Source: Octopus vulgaris
Lineage: Eukaryota
Assembly (NCBI GenBank): GCA_951406725.2
Contig: OX597820.1
Coordinates: forward strand, 117,056,001-117,120,000
Length of the DNA stretch: 64,000 nt
Reading direction: 5' to 3'
The notes beneath the pieces are model-generated. The model was given only the letters and a program-made list of their open reading frames with translations. It searched no databases and was not told the origin of the DNA. The position numbers and the translations under genes were made by a program. This document shows, piece by piece, positions 27,301 to 40,888 of the stretch (its first letter is position 1; each line of letters opens with the position of its first letter).

Positions 27301-29048
27301 TGCAAGCATGACAAATTATTTCTGTCAAATCATCTTTTCTAGGAATCTTGTCAAAAGCAATGACAGAGCAATTTTGAGAAATTACTTTCTGTTGATACTA
27401 ACAACCTCTACAACATTTAAAAGCTACTGCACCATTTTCTAGAGAGCTGGAAGAATAAACATATATGTATTACTGGCACTTGAAATAAAGCACCAAGAGG
27501 TACCATGATTTTGAAATTTGGAATTTTTTGTACATCAATAATAGTTAACATACACAAACACATACGAAAAAAAGGGGGGATATAGGCAGAGACATGGTTG
27601 AGTGGTTAAAAAGCTTGTCTGGTAACCATATGGTTTGGGATTCAGTCCCACAGTGCAGCACACCTTTGGTAAGTGTCTTCTGCTACAGCTCCAGGTTGAC
27701 CAATGCTTTAGGAGTGAATTTGAAAGCTAGAAACTAGGTGGAAGCCTGTTGTTTGAAAGTGTGTGTGTGTGTGTTTGTCCCATCCATTGCTTGTGTTATT
27801 TTGTTTATGTCCTCATAACTTAGAGGTTCAGCAAAAGAGACTGATAATATAAACACTAGACTTAAAATAAGTACTGGGTTGATCTCTTCAACAACAAAAA
27901 AAAAACCTCCAAGGAGGTACCCCAGCATGGCCGCAGTCCAATAACTGAAAAAAGTTAAAAGAATATTCTACATATCAGTAAAAAGAAAAAAGTCATTAAT
28001 TCGTTAATACACCTGCTAGAAATATTATTGTTAATTAGTTGTTATTGCTAATTACCAGTTACGTATTACTCCAAGGACATATACATGTTCAGCTTGGCCA
28101 TTATGTTCTTTGACTGGCCATTTTGAACATTTCAAATTGAACCCAAGACAATCATCAAATCTAGCACAAAACATACAAATAAAACTGAAAACAAATAAAA
28201 GTTAGGAAAAAACACACCCAAAACCTCTTTAAAAAAAAAAAAAGACGGACGTTATAATTCTCTAATTTCAAACCAACGCAGGAGACTCCAGTCATACAAC
28301 CTACTAAAAATAACCTTTAAATGCCCAACACACCTTAAATAAAAATAAAAAAAAAAACAGAAATGAAAAAGAAAGTGGATAATGTAGTCCTAGATAAACT
28401 ATGTCTGAAGAAAAACACACCAAAAAACATTGGTCTTGGCTGGTCCGCATTCATCATAAGTCTGACTAGATCATGGGTCTGTTAAAATGAGAGACAACCT
28501 GGGAGCTAAACAGCAACAACAACAACAACTGCTGGTTTCTAATTTAACTGAATAACAAGAAGATTTAGAAGTGGAAATTCTTATTTGTTAGCAAAACATG
28601 TCTTGAAGGATGATGTCATTTGCATGTAAGCATGGCTGGAATTGAAGTGAACTCCGTGAAAATGTTATTTTAGGACAGAAGCTTTTAATGCACCTATCAA
28701 GAATTTGATGAACAAAGAATATTACAAGGTTCCAAAATAAATAAATAAATAAAATTAACAATGATAATAAATTTAGGCATGTAATCAAGACCAACGTTTC
28801 TGTTAAGGAGGAGTGTTGTACTGAAGTTGAAGCACAATATCCTCTAAAATATTTGTTCCTGATAATTTCGTAGTTGATTCATCATAGTTGCTAGTTCAGA
28901 ATGATGTAAAGGAATGTGGAAGTTGAGTGGTGATGAACAGATACAGAAAGAATAGTAATACTACACACACAGACACACACACACACACACACACACTAAT
29001 GTATATGCTAATACTACTAATACAAACAAGCATGCATGACTCATGTAC

Positions 29049-29158
29049 TTGGGAAGGAGCAACATGCTGATTGTGAAAGCTTTTCCATGCCACTAAGGAT
29101 TAAGCTGAAGAAGACCTGGCTACTGATCCAGTGATTCAGAGAGACGATCCTTTTTATA
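29049..29158 (-). promoter_or_regulatory. Candidate internal TATA promoter with first exon (MEKLSQSACCSFP, phase 1)
   Basis: TATAAAAA at 29158-29151, Inr-like TCACT/TCAGT 26-34 nt downstream, ATG at 29088, weak donor GTACAT. Confidence 0.3.
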
Positions 29159-29407
29159 GCTGTTGAAGAACTGTACCAGTTCTTACTGGAATCTTATGCA
29201 TCAGCAATATAACTTTATACCTGTACACTAAGAAGGGAGGAATTCATTTCAAAGATAGCATTTATCACAGAGTCTGACACTGATTGCTCTAAGAACTAAA
29301 CGAAGAATTATGGAAGGCAAAGCAGCCGATGCAAATAAACGACTATGTAATCATTTGAGAGAATGGCACTTCATATCCTCACGTTACTAATCCTGTATTG
29401 TATTATA

Positions 29408-29958
29408 TGAGGGTGAGTCAAAAAGTAATGCCATTTTTGTTCAGGACAGGTATAATTACCAACACAGGAACATGTATCCTACATCAAAATGAAGCTGGTC
29501 CTCTGTGGATCACATCCCTACTTCTCAACGTAGTCACCGTTTCTCTCAATAGCAATGTTCCACCTTCGAATGAGAGCATGTATCCCTGCCCTGTAAAATT
29601 CTGTTGACAGTTCTTTGAGCCACTTCTTCACTACAAAGTCAGAGGGACAACACCTTCTTTCGAAGGCTCGTAACAAACAGGTGATGAAACATGGGTCCAT
29701 CATTATGAACCAGAATCAAAGAGGAAGTCAATAGAATGGCGCCTCTCTACGTCACCACCACCGAAAAAGTTCAAGATACAAAAGTCAGCAGGAAAAATCA
29801 TGGCGAATGTTGTTTGGGATGCTCAAGATGTCATTCTTGTCGATTTCTTGCCAAAAGGTAAAACAATAAACTCATAAGCTTCATTTTGATGTATGATAAC
29901 ATATTCTTGTGTTGGTTATTATACCTGTCCTAAAACAATTGCCATTACTTCACCCTCG
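29408..29958. mobile_element. Rearranged mariner with two right ends
   Basis: TA-flanked. Inverted right end with transposase C-terminus on minus (29518-29635), TGDETWVHHYEPESKRKS...KSAGKIMANVVWD on plus (~29680-29873), then a second right end. Confidence 0.85.
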
Positions 29959-30052
29959 TATTATAGTCTATACATAACATACAATAATTTCTCAGATAGT
30001 TGAGTTCAACTATGTGTAAATACTTATTAAAGGTTTCATACGACATATTTTT

Positions 30053-30485
30053 ATTTCTTTATTGCCCACAGGGGGCTAAACAAGGATAAAGGGATAAAGG
30101 CGGCGAGCTGGCAGAATCGTTAGCATTATTTCGTCTGCTGTTACATTCTGAGTTCAAATTCCGCCGAGGTCGACTTTGCTTTTCATCCTTTCGGAGTCGA
30201 TTAAATAAGTACCAGTTATGCACTGGGGTCGATGTAATCGACTTAATCCGTTTGTCTGTCCTTGTTTGTTCCCTCTGTGTTTAGCCCCTTGTGGGTAGTA
30301 AAGAAATAAGGCTACAGGGATTAAGTTGATTACATCGACCTAATGCATAAATGGTACTTATTTAATCGACCCCAAAAGGATGAAAGGCAAAGTCAACCGC
30401 GGTGGAATTTGAACTCAGAATGTAACGGCAGATGAAATACCACTAAGCATTTCGCCCTGCATCCTAACGATTCTGCCAGCTCACC
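30053..30485. mobile_element. Family A SINE (+, ~30097-30308) nested in an opposite-orientation family A SINE (-)
   Basis: The minus copy's tail starts at 30053 and resumes at ~30316 after the plus copy. Confidence 0.85.
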
Positions 30486-30883
30486 TCAACATATTAACAG
30501 CTCAGATCAAAAATATTCTAACCATCATCAACTCGTCTTATTTTTACTTTCTTTCAAACCCAATCTGTTTCTGATAAAGGGACATCTCATCTTTTAACAT
30601 CACAGCAAATTAATGTATTCTTTCTTGGAGAATTGTTTGTATTTACTATCTGCCAATGCAGTCAAAATTCAGAAAAATTAAAACAACCCGAGTTATGCGC
30701 CTTGCAATTAGGATACAACGACTTTTGCAGTGTTATGTACCATTTGACCATGTGGTCAGTGATCAAAGCAGCTAAACTTTTTGGCCACTGCATTGCTTCT
30801 CAAGAACTAGCAACCATGTATTCTCTTGAGCTACTTACTCTCAATGCAATGATAACTCAACAAATTCACATTTGTAATGTTAA

Positions 30884-31568
30884 CGCTTTCGTTACCGTAT
30901 TTATTTTGAGATGCTCTGTGTTTCTTTCAATTAATTTTAAATATAACAAAGAATTTAGTAAAATAACTTATCATTAAGCTAGTGTTGGGAACATAAATTG
31001 TGACTAAGGTTTGGTGGAAGATTTTAATTCAAAGCTTATGAAGACAAGACATTTGTACTACAAAGCCAGAGCTAGTTTCAGCCAGGTTGATGTCAAAAGG
31101 GTTAAGAATTGTTTCTCTATTATATTTTAACCCTTTTATTACCATATTTCTGTTAAGATGCTCTCTGTTTCTTTCAATTACTTTAAATATAACAAAGAAT
31201 TTAGTAAAATAACTTATCATTAAGCTAGTGTTGGGAACATAAATTGTGACTAAGGTTTGGTGGAAGATTTTAATTCAAAGCTTATGAAAACAAGACATTT
31301 GTACTACAAAGCCAGAGATGGTTTCACCCAGGTGGGTACTGAAAGGGTTAAACTTATATTCAACCCTTTAGCATTTAGACCAGCCATAACCAGCCCAAAA
31401 TATTCTCTTTGTTTTTATGTTCAAACTGGCCAGATCAGGCCTCTTACACCTACACTACAATGTCCTTGTAAAAATACGCAATCAAAGCTTCAAGATAATG
31501 CCAGATTATTCAAAACAATGTGAATAAATAAGCATTTCATTTGACTGATTAATCTGAATGCTAAAGGG
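30884..31568. mobile_element. Cluster of three piggyBac-type MITEs (E 30884-31101, E 31131-31347, F 31364-31568)
   Basis: Each is bounded by TTAA (or TCAA) and CCCTT/AAGGG-type termini. Confidence 0.9.
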
Positions 31569-32388
31569 TTAATGTTACAAATGTGAAAGAGAAAAAAGTT
31601 CTGAAAATAATTACTACAACATTCTACACAGTTTCTGAACTCTTTAGGCTTGTATCATGCCATACGTCGTCGTAAAAATATCTTTCCTATCTCTTAATTC
31701 ACATTTGTTCAACCCTGATCACATCACACCATTATCTCATGAGAAGAAAACGTGCCCTGTTTTAAGAACTTTTTGCTCCCCTTCATCTGTACCACACACA
31801 CACAAAAATAAAACCTAGACAAACAGTGAGTTCAGTTAGTAAAGCTGAAAGTTAATAGCAGTGACATTATGACATTTTCCTTCAGCAAATTTAGACATCA
31901 TTTACCATTTCCTTGAAGTGAGAAGCAGCAGCAGCAGTAGCAGCAGCAGCAGACTAATACTGCTGTATAACTAATCAAGAGAGAATTCCACTTATCAAAT
32001 TAGAAATGCTCCATATTGAGATTCTTTTGGGAAATATTTCTAACAGAAATTTTATACAACTACATAAATAAAACCATATATCTAAATCTATATATATATA
32101 TATAAACACACAGCTACTAACCACGCTTCCTCCACCTGCACAGCCTTTTACATAAAGAGACATACTCTACACATGCAGTGAAGCAAATACTAGCAAACAA
32201 GGTATGAACAGCTGTTCAGAGTGAAAAGTAGGAGAGCAGAGTTTACCAAGTGACTCTATAGTTTCAGAAAGTAAAAATAATAGTTGCTGGAGGACCTCCA
32301 AAATTGGAGTACATTAAAATCCATAACATTCAGCCTCATCCATCAAAGATATATTTATATTTATATATGTTAAATATATTGCTCTTAC

Positions 32389-32416
32389 CCTGGTAAAATA
32401 GGAGCAGTAAGAACAT
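32389..32416 (-). CDS. Candidate short exon MFLLLLFYQ, phase 1
   Basis: ATG at 32416, 9 codons + 1 nt, strong donor AGG|GTAAGA. Confidence 0.2.
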
Positions 32417-32618
32417 CTTAATTTGCAATATCTTCTAGCAAATTTATGGTGTTTAACCCTTTCGTTACCAACCCGGCTGAAACCGCCTCTAGCTCTGTAG
32501 TACAAAAGTCTTGTTTTCATAAGTTTTGAATTAAAATCTTCCACCAAACCTTAGTCACAATTTATGTTCCTAACACTGGCTTAATGATAACTAAGCTATT
32601 TTACTAAATTCTTTGTTA

Positions 32619-32930
32619 TCATCATCATCATCGTTTAACATCCGTTTCCCATGCTAGCATGGGTTGAACAGTTCGACTGGTGTTTGGGAAGCCAAGAGGC
32701 TGCACTAGGCTCCAGTCTGATCTGGCAGTGTTTCTACAACTGGATGCCCTTCCTAACGCCAACCACTCCATGAGTGTAGTGGGTGCGTTTTACATGCCAC
32801 CGGCACAGGTGCCAGGGGAGGCTGGAAACAGCTATGATTTGTTGGCGCTGTTTACGTGCCACCGGCACGGATGCCAGTCAAGGTGGCACTGGCATCGGCC
32901 ATGTTCGGATGGTGCTTTTTACGTGCCAAC
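32619..32930 (-). mobile_element. RTE-type LINE 3' UTR fragment (family D) inserted in MITE E
   Basis: (CAT)n tail on plus, GGATGCCCTTCCTAACGCCAACC core; other copies near 33757, 47075, 48120-48335 and 59273. Confidence 0.8.
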
Positions 32931-34755
32931 TGAAAGAAACGCAGAGCATCTCAACAGAAGTATGGTGACAAAAGGGTCCCAAAAGAAAGTTATATTAGAT
33001 AGGGTTAGGTGAGACAGTTGAGTTCTCTCATTTAATGTGGGTTGTATTGGGATTAAACAAACAAGGAGAATTTTGTTTAGTATTATTATTATAATCATTA
33101 TTATTATTATTGTTATGTTATTCATTACCAGTAATATGACACGAATGAACTTGGAGATTATGTCATTGCAAACAGAGCAAATGAGGATCTCCTACATTGG
33201 CACAAAGCCACAGATTTGTAAGGAATTGGGTACAGTTTTGAAGGATGTCTATCCGGATATAGGATTGGCACCCATTTTGTAGACCACATTGGGATTTAAT
33301 GCAAAGCCAAGAAGTACAAAACTAAACACTGTCGGCTCCTTCCTGTTTCTGCCAACCAAAATCTGAATAATATATTTTACTAAACCTAAGATCAATTTCA
33401 TAAGAGATAGTAACAGGTGTGGCCGAGTGGTTAAGAAGACTGTTTTGTAACTATATGGTCTTAGGTTCAATCCCACCGCATGGGACCATGGACCAGAACC
33501 CCAGAATGACCAAAATCTTGTGAGTGGTTATATAGGAAGGTGAGTCAAGACAAACAACTACAGGCATTAAAAGATGATGTTGTGTAGCACCAAGCATGCA
33601 GCCAGTAACCCTAGAAGCAGGTTCAGTCATATGTGACCACCATTGCTGAAATTAGCTTAAAATATAACTTAAATTGGCGTTGTTGTTCAAGACGAATAGA
33701 CATAACCCCATGAATATGAAGATTTATCAGTGTATTCTCAACCCAAATAACTGTGCATCATCATCATCGTTTAGCGTCCGCTTTCCATGCTAGCATGGGT
33801 TGGATGGTTCAACTGGGGTCTGGGAAGCCAGAAGGCTGCACCAGGCCCAGTCTGATCTGGCAATGTTTCTACGGCTGGATGCATAAAGACGGTAAATGGA
33901 GAGAGGTAATAATGGAGAGAAAGAGAGCAACCCACTTATATGCAGAGATGCAGTATGGACAAAAATGAAGAAACAGAAAAATGCACATTGTCTAAATCAC
34001 AGTACAATATACTAAACAGGAGTTTATTATTTACACAGGAGTGCAAACTCACAAAAAAAAAAATTCAATAGAATATTTTTATCCTTTGAAGTTTGAAAAG
34101 CCTTGAAAACTTTGATAAACTTAATCAAAATGAAGTCTCAACTATAAAAATCCAGAATATTCTGTTATTTCCCTTAAATGTTACTAAAAAAACATGACTT
34201 GTCAGAAATAGTTGAGAGAACTAAAATTCTTACAAAAGAAAATCTGATACCAAACCATCAAATCTCAACAATTTATGTTCATTACAACTGCCATCATCTT
34301 TGAATTCCAATAAGATTCATAAAAAAATTTTTTAGAGGAATATGGCAAAAGCAATTTCAAAAATCTCATAACTTAACATATTACATCGGCAGAGGGTTCC
34401 AAATTTGTGGAGGAGAGAATAAAGTTAACCAATTCAACACTGTCTTGAATTTACTCTATCTGGCTTTTGTAGAATTTCAACTCAGAACATAAACAAAACA
34501 AAAAAAAAACTGAATATCTTAAAGCTTTTCCCCCCAGTGTGCTACCATTTCTGCCACCCCATGAGCACTAAAGCAGAGGTGCTAAGCTCCTAATAAACCA
34601 AACATGCTAACTACATTCTGTATCTAGCAGTAGCTATTTCATGTAATTCACTTTTACTCTTGAAAAGGCATGAACAGCACAACACATTCCCTCAACTACT
34701 GAATCAACGGAGCTGATGTTTGATCATAAAATGGTTAAACCTACTCAAATACAAT

Positions 34756-35148
34756 CTCTTTTACTCTTTTACTTGTTTCAGTCATTTGACTATGGCCATG
34801 CTGGAGGACCGCCTTTAGTCGAGCAAATCGACCCCAGGACTTATTCTTTATAAGCCTAATACTTATTCTATCAGCCTCTTTTGCCGAACCGCTAAGTGAC
34901 GGGGACATAAACACACCAGCATCAGTTGTCAAGCAATGCTAGGGGGACAAATACAGACACAAACATACACACACACATATATATACCATGGGCTTCTTTC
35001 AGTTTCCGTCTACCAAATCCATTCACAAGGCTTTGGTCGGCTCGAGGCTATAGTAGAAGACACTTGCCTAAAATGCCACGCAGTGGGACTGAACCCGGAA
35101 CTATGTGGTTGGTAAACAAGCTACTTACCACACAGCCACTCCTGTGCC
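34756..35148 (-). mobile_element. SINE family B, full length
   Basis: Collinear with 46429-46831 and 49301-49690. Confidence 0.9.
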
Positions 35149-35708
35149 TATATCAACATTCAAGCTTTATAAACTCCATGGTAATTAACAGGTTAGGGTG
35201 TATCATTGACATGCAGTTTTTGATATGGTCACACGGACAAAATGTTGATGGACATACGGTACTTCGTGACATAAGATACATATCTATTACAAAAATAAAA
35301 AGTGTCTTTTACAAAAAAAAAAAAAAAAAAACAACAGAAAAACAAACAAACAAAAACTCCCTGAGTTCTATATGCAAAGTTGAGTCTCCCATAAGCTTTA
35401 ATGGATTACAAACTATTTTTTCTGGATATGTGCTACTGAAATTTAGGTGCATCTAATATGCCAATATGTCTTTTAAGCCATCAAATACAATATCTTAATG
35501 ACAAAAATTATGAAAAGTTTATCAAAATTTTATTTTGCCCCTCAAGTCTTTTTCACTTTCACAATGTTTTGAGTGAGTCTTTACATAGTTGTTCAACCTA
35601 CAAGAAATAGCTCCTAAATTATGTCCTTTTGGTACAAAAATTAGAGACATGTTTATCCAAGATAACATGATTCTAAGTACAGGGAACTTTAATTACCATC
35701 ATCATCAT

Positions 35709-35956
35709 CATATGCCTGTGGGAATATAGTGTAGTGGTTAAAAGCACAGGCTACTAACCCCAAGATTCCAAGTTCAATTCCAGGCAGTGACCTGAATAAT
35801 AATAATAATAATATTGAAAAATGCCTTGGGAATGAGAACCCAGGTTCAAAATTTCCCCAAGACACCCGATGAAGGCTGGAGGGTATATAAGTCAAAACGT
35901 TAACAACAAACAAGATGAGGACAAATATCCATCAAATGTAAATAATTCCTCATCTC
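35709..35956 (+). mobile_element. tRNA-headed SINE-like element with degenerate hammerhead
   Basis: A box TAGTGTAGTGG, B box GTTCAATTCC, (AAT)n, then GACAC-CCGATGA-AGGCTG...AAAACGTT; homologous to 48336-48549 and 43420-43560. Confidence 0.75.
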
Positions 35957-38873
35957 TTAACCCTTTTGTTACTGCATTTATTTTGAGATGTTCTGTGTTT
36001 CTTTCAATTACTTTAAATATAACAAAGAATTTAGTAAAATAACTTAGTTATCATTCAGCTAGTGTTAGGAATGTAAATTGTGACTAAGTTTTGGAGGAAG
36101 ATTTTAATCCAAAACTTATGAAAGCAAGGCATTTGTACTCAGAGCCAGAGCTGGTTTCTGTCGGGTTGGTAATGAAAGGGTTAAATATAGAAGAGAAGGA
36201 AGTCTTTTTATGTAGCAAATGTTACATGTTAATGGTAAGAATACCTATGAAATGAAATCAAGACTTTCAAATAGTTGGAAAGTCTCTTTAAAAGTAATTG
36301 ATATTTTCTATTATAAAGGTGACCTAATTAGTATGGGGGGGTGGGGTTATTTCAAAAGCTGGGGTGAAAACTAAATGGGAAAAATTGATGGAGTTATTAT
36401 TTCTGTCTGCAACAAAGGGATTCTCTCCAAGTGTGGAGTACACAGTATGAAACCAGTGTAGGAAATGTGATTCTGTATTAACATTAAACGTGAAGGATGT
36501 GTGAAGGTTGCAAAACAAAGAGGTATGATGAGCTGGGTGTGTAATGTGAGACGGAACACAAATGTACTTTGAGAAGAACTGGGTATATGGGTGCAGGCGT
36601 GGCAGTGCAGAAAGAAGTTTTGCTTCCCAACCACATGGTTCTGGGTTCAGTCCCACTGTGTGGTACCTTGGGCAAGTGTGTTTTACAATAACTGCAGGCC
36701 AAGCCTTGTAGATGGATTTGGTAGACAGAAACTGAAAGAAGTTTGTTATGTATGTATGTATGTGTGCACACACACACACATATATATATATACATGTGTG
36801 TGTGATTTTGTCCCCCACCAATGTTGTGTTTACATCCCTGCACTATGGCAGTGTGGCAAAAGAGACCAATAGAATAAGGATAAGGAAGTCCTGGGGCCAA
36901 TTCATTTGACTAAAATATTTCAAAGCAGAGCTCCAGTATGGCCTGAATCCCAGAACAAAGTTCCCAAAATAGAATAGGTTTGCATATTATGAGAAAAACA
37001 TTCTTTTGAGCTCAGACAGGACCCTTAAAAGCTCCTCAGGTCTTTGGGGACATTTACATTTACAAGCATGCATAGTTCAGTACCAGTGTGCAAGCAGCTT
37101 GGGAAAGTGTCTTCTATTACAGCCCATCGCTGACCAATGCCTTGGGAGTGAATTTGATAAATGGAAACTGTGCGGAAGCCCATCAAATGTGTGCATGTGC
37201 GTGGATTTATGTTTGTCCCTACTTCCACTCCACCCATGACAACCAGTGTTGGTTTGTTTACATTCTCATTAATTAGCAGTTCAGTGAAAGAGACTGATAG
37301 ACTATGTACCAAACAAACAAAAAAATACGTACTGGGGTCAATTTATTTGACTAAACTCCTCAAAGCAGTGCCCCAGCAGTGCCCCAGTCTAATGACAGAA
37401 AACAAGTAAGAGATAAAGCTTAACTAACAACACGGCCACAGAAGAAATTATCTGATGAGTTTCTTACAAAATAGTGATAATCTAACGAAGCAGGGCAAAG
37501 CTTATAATCCAAGTATAAAAATATAATTTAATAACAATATGAATCTATCAATAGTTTTTTTTCTTTCTTTTAAAGAGGCCAGATTAAGTGACAAATTCAT
37601 TCCTGATATCAGTCAATTGTTACAAGAAAAAAATACATATGTACAGACCAACAATCATTAACCACGCATCGTTCCATTGGTTAATTGCACAAGCTGGCTA
37701 AGAGCCAGTACAGGTTTCAAAGTTTAAGTGGACTGTGTGTTATTGAGAGAGAGATAGACAGACAGACAGACAGATGGAGAAACAGGTGGTTCCCCCCCCC
37801 CCCCCGTACAAAGACTGCTCCATGTGAGGCAGTTTATAATTGAGAAAGTAGCTTCTGATAAATACGCATTACTGTTAACAAACATCACAGCAAGTGGTTT
37901 GTTTTATTTACAGTGGAAGCAGACTTCTGTTTGTTCCGATGAATGTCAGTTCTTCACACAACACCAACAACAAAACATACAAATAAAAATTAAAAAAAAC
38001 ATGCTATATTTTAACTGTTTCAAAATGTCAGCTAATACATAAATGAGGTCAAACAAAATAAATAAAATCAATTGTATACTAGCTGTTGGTAAAAGAACTC
38101 CAATCCATTTCTCCCCACTCCACCCCTGAACAGTTTCACATTTATTTGTACCAAACTAGCATGAGTGGGTGGAATGAGTCTTCAAATTTACATATGAGCT
38201 AATGAAGCATGTTAGACTTAGGATTGGTAAGTGTTCTTATAGTTAATCTATAAGGTGTTAAATATATAAATGTAAAACATGTGCCAATCTTTGATGCGTT
38301 TCAGAAACGCTGATATTTTTGATCCAGTTTCACAGTGCAAAGGAAAACAAATCTGCCTCTTGGATAGGATGTCCATCTATCACAAATAACAATAGATGCA
38401 CCATATCATCATCATCATCATCATCATCATCACCATTCAATATCTGCTTTTCAATGTTTGCATGGGTCAGACAAATTTACTGAGCAGATTTTCTCTGACC
38501 AGATGCCCTTCCTGTTGCTAACCCTCACCCATTTCAAAGCAAGGTAAATATTTCCCCCTGGCCGGATAAGCTTTTCATGGAAGACTGGAAATGAACCTCA
38601 CTTGTATGATGATGATTCTTTATACCATCACATGATGTCTACACAAAAGGTGTACACACACACACACACACACATAGAGTAGACATCTTTAGTTTCCAGC
38701 TGCAGTCCAATGACTGAAACAAGCCAAAGATAAAAAAAATTCTCATGACAATGAATGTATTGTACTAAAATACGCTAGGTAAAGGTAAAGGTAATTATCA
38801 AAGTTTATTCTAAATCTATGTTCCTTTATAAAATATAAAAAAGTAGATATACTAAAATAAATGTATTATAATA

Positions 38874-39337
38874 TATTTCTTTATTGCCCACAAGGGGCTA
38901 AACATAGAGGGGACAAACAAGGACAGACAGAGGGATTAAGTCGATTATATCGACCCCAGTGCGTAAGTGGTACTTAATTTATCGACCCCGAAAGGATGAA
39001 AGGCAAAGTCGACCTTGGCAGAATTTGAACTCAGAACGTAGCGGCAGACGAAATACGGCTACACATTTCGTTTGGCGTGCTAACATTTCTGCCAGCTCGC
39101 CGCCTGTACTATAAATGTATTATAATAGTCTTTTCTACACTAGGCAGAAGGCTCAAAATTTTTGAGGAGTGGGGGGCAGTCGATGAGATTGAACCCGGTA
39201 TGCAACTGGTACTTAATTTATCAACCATGAAAGGCAAAGTCGACCTCCGCGGAACTTGAACTCAGAACATAAAGACAGATGAAATACTGCTAAGCATTTT
39301 GCCCGGCGTACTAACATTTCTGCCAGCTCAATGCCTT
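38874..39337 (-). mobile_element. Two tandem family A SINEs (tail i 38874-39105; tail ii 39128-39337)
   Basis: Separated and flanked by three copies of ATAAATGTATTATARTA. Confidence 0.9.
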
Positions 39338-39829
39338 GATAAATGTATTATAGTATTAATTCTTGAAATAAGAAGCCTACCTATCAGAAAAATTCTAGTG
39401 AATTTCAGCATTTCCTCATTCTCATGAGACTGAAAAATGGATTTGCCATTCAAGCAACAGGAAGTGACACATTAAATGGTTTAATTCAAGTTATTTTTAA
39501 CTTCATCCTTAAAGTAAAAACAAATAAATAAATATTCAAAACTAAAACACTAGAAATGTCACCAGTTTTGAATAAGTGACAAGCATGGATCTGTAGCTAA
39601 GATGTCTGTTTTGGCAACACATGGCTTTATGGTCAACCTTACTAGTAAAACCTCAGGACTGACCAATGCCTTGCAAGTGACATTTAGTCAATGGTGACTC
39701 TAAGAGAGAGCGTGTATGTGTCGTGTGTGTCTCCACATGACTTCATATTGACACTGTCAGGACAGAAATGAGCTTCGTTTATTTCTTGTACCTCAGTGGC
39801 TTCACATACGCATTATTACTGTCATTTAA

Positions 39830-40050
39830 CCCTTTAGTGTTTAAACCGGCCAAATCCGGCCCAATATATTCTACATGTTTTATATTTGAACTGGCCATAT
39901 CTAGCCTCTCACACCTAACCTACATTGACATTCTAAAAATAAATATTCACATCATTGAAACCTCAAAGCTATAAGATAATGCAGGATTAATTAAAAACAA
40001 TTTGAGTGAAAAAGTATTACATTTAACAGAGTATTCTGAACACTAAAGGG
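39830..40050 (+). mobile_element. piggyBac-type MITE family F
   Basis: TTAA|CCCTTTAGTGTT...AACACTAAAGGG|TTAA. Confidence 0.9.
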
Positions 40051-40517
40051 TTAACGTTTATTTCAACATATTTGTTGAGGTTGGACAGAATACATTGACG
40101 TAGACTTTCTGCAGTGGGTTGCCCTTCTTGTCACCAAACCTCACCCATTTCCAAGCAAGGTATCATTTTCCCCATGGTCAGACATCTTTTTCTCAAACGA
40201 CAGGTAACAAACAGCCTCATTTATATGACAATAATCATTTACAACCTCATGTGATGTTTAGACATGGGTACACACACACACACACACATAGAGCTTCTTT
40301 CAGTTTCCATCTACCAAATCCACTCACAAAGCTTTGGTCAGCACAAGGTAATACTAAAAGACACTAGCCCAAGGTGCAGCACACTGAAAAAGAAAAAAAA
40401 GTACCTTACATGACAAGGAACAGTTGGCATCAGAAAGGACATCCAGTTTTAGAACTTTTTAGATAAATTTTTTTTAAAATGACGTCATATAAACATTCAG
40501 GCCATTAAGACTACTTA

Positions 40518-40888
40518 GTGGAGGCGCAATGGCCCAGTGGTTAGGGCAGCGGACTCGCGGTTTCAATTCCCAGACCGGGCGTTGTGAGTGTTTATTGAGC
40601 GAAAACACCTAAAGCTCCATGAGGCTCCGGCAGGGGATGGTGGTGATCCCTGCTGTACTCTTTCACCACAACTTTCTCTCACTCTTACTTCCTGTTTCTG
40701 TTGTACCTGTATTTCAAAGGGCCGGCCTTGTCACTCTCTGTGTCACACTGAATATCCCCGAGAACTACGTTAAGGGTACACGTGTCTGTGGAGTGCTCAG
40801 CCACTTACACGTTAATTTCCCGAGCAGGCTGTTCCGTTGATTCGGATCAACCAGAACCCTCATCGTCATAACCGATGGAGTGCTTCCA
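40518..40888 (+). mobile_element. SINE family C, full length
   Basis: 12-bp TSD TAAGACTACTTA (40506-40517, 40889-40900). Confidence 0.9.

Noticed and set aside
34926-35456. 176-aa ORF and similar ORFs at 9262, 36324 and 45019
   Set aside because: Read through SINE bodies; the same pseudo-peptides recur at each SINE copy.
35720-35790. Genuine tRNA genes at SINE heads
   Set aside because: A/B boxes are present, but there is no intact cloverleaf or acceptor stem and the heads continue into repeat bodies.
37447-37481. Hammerhead-like ATTAT-CTGATGA-GT...AC-AAAA-TAGTG-ATAAT
   Set aside because: GAAA and the cleavage triplet are both broken and stem II is only 2 bp; compatible with chance. CTGATGA at ~930 and 46862 likewise lack the rest of the fold.
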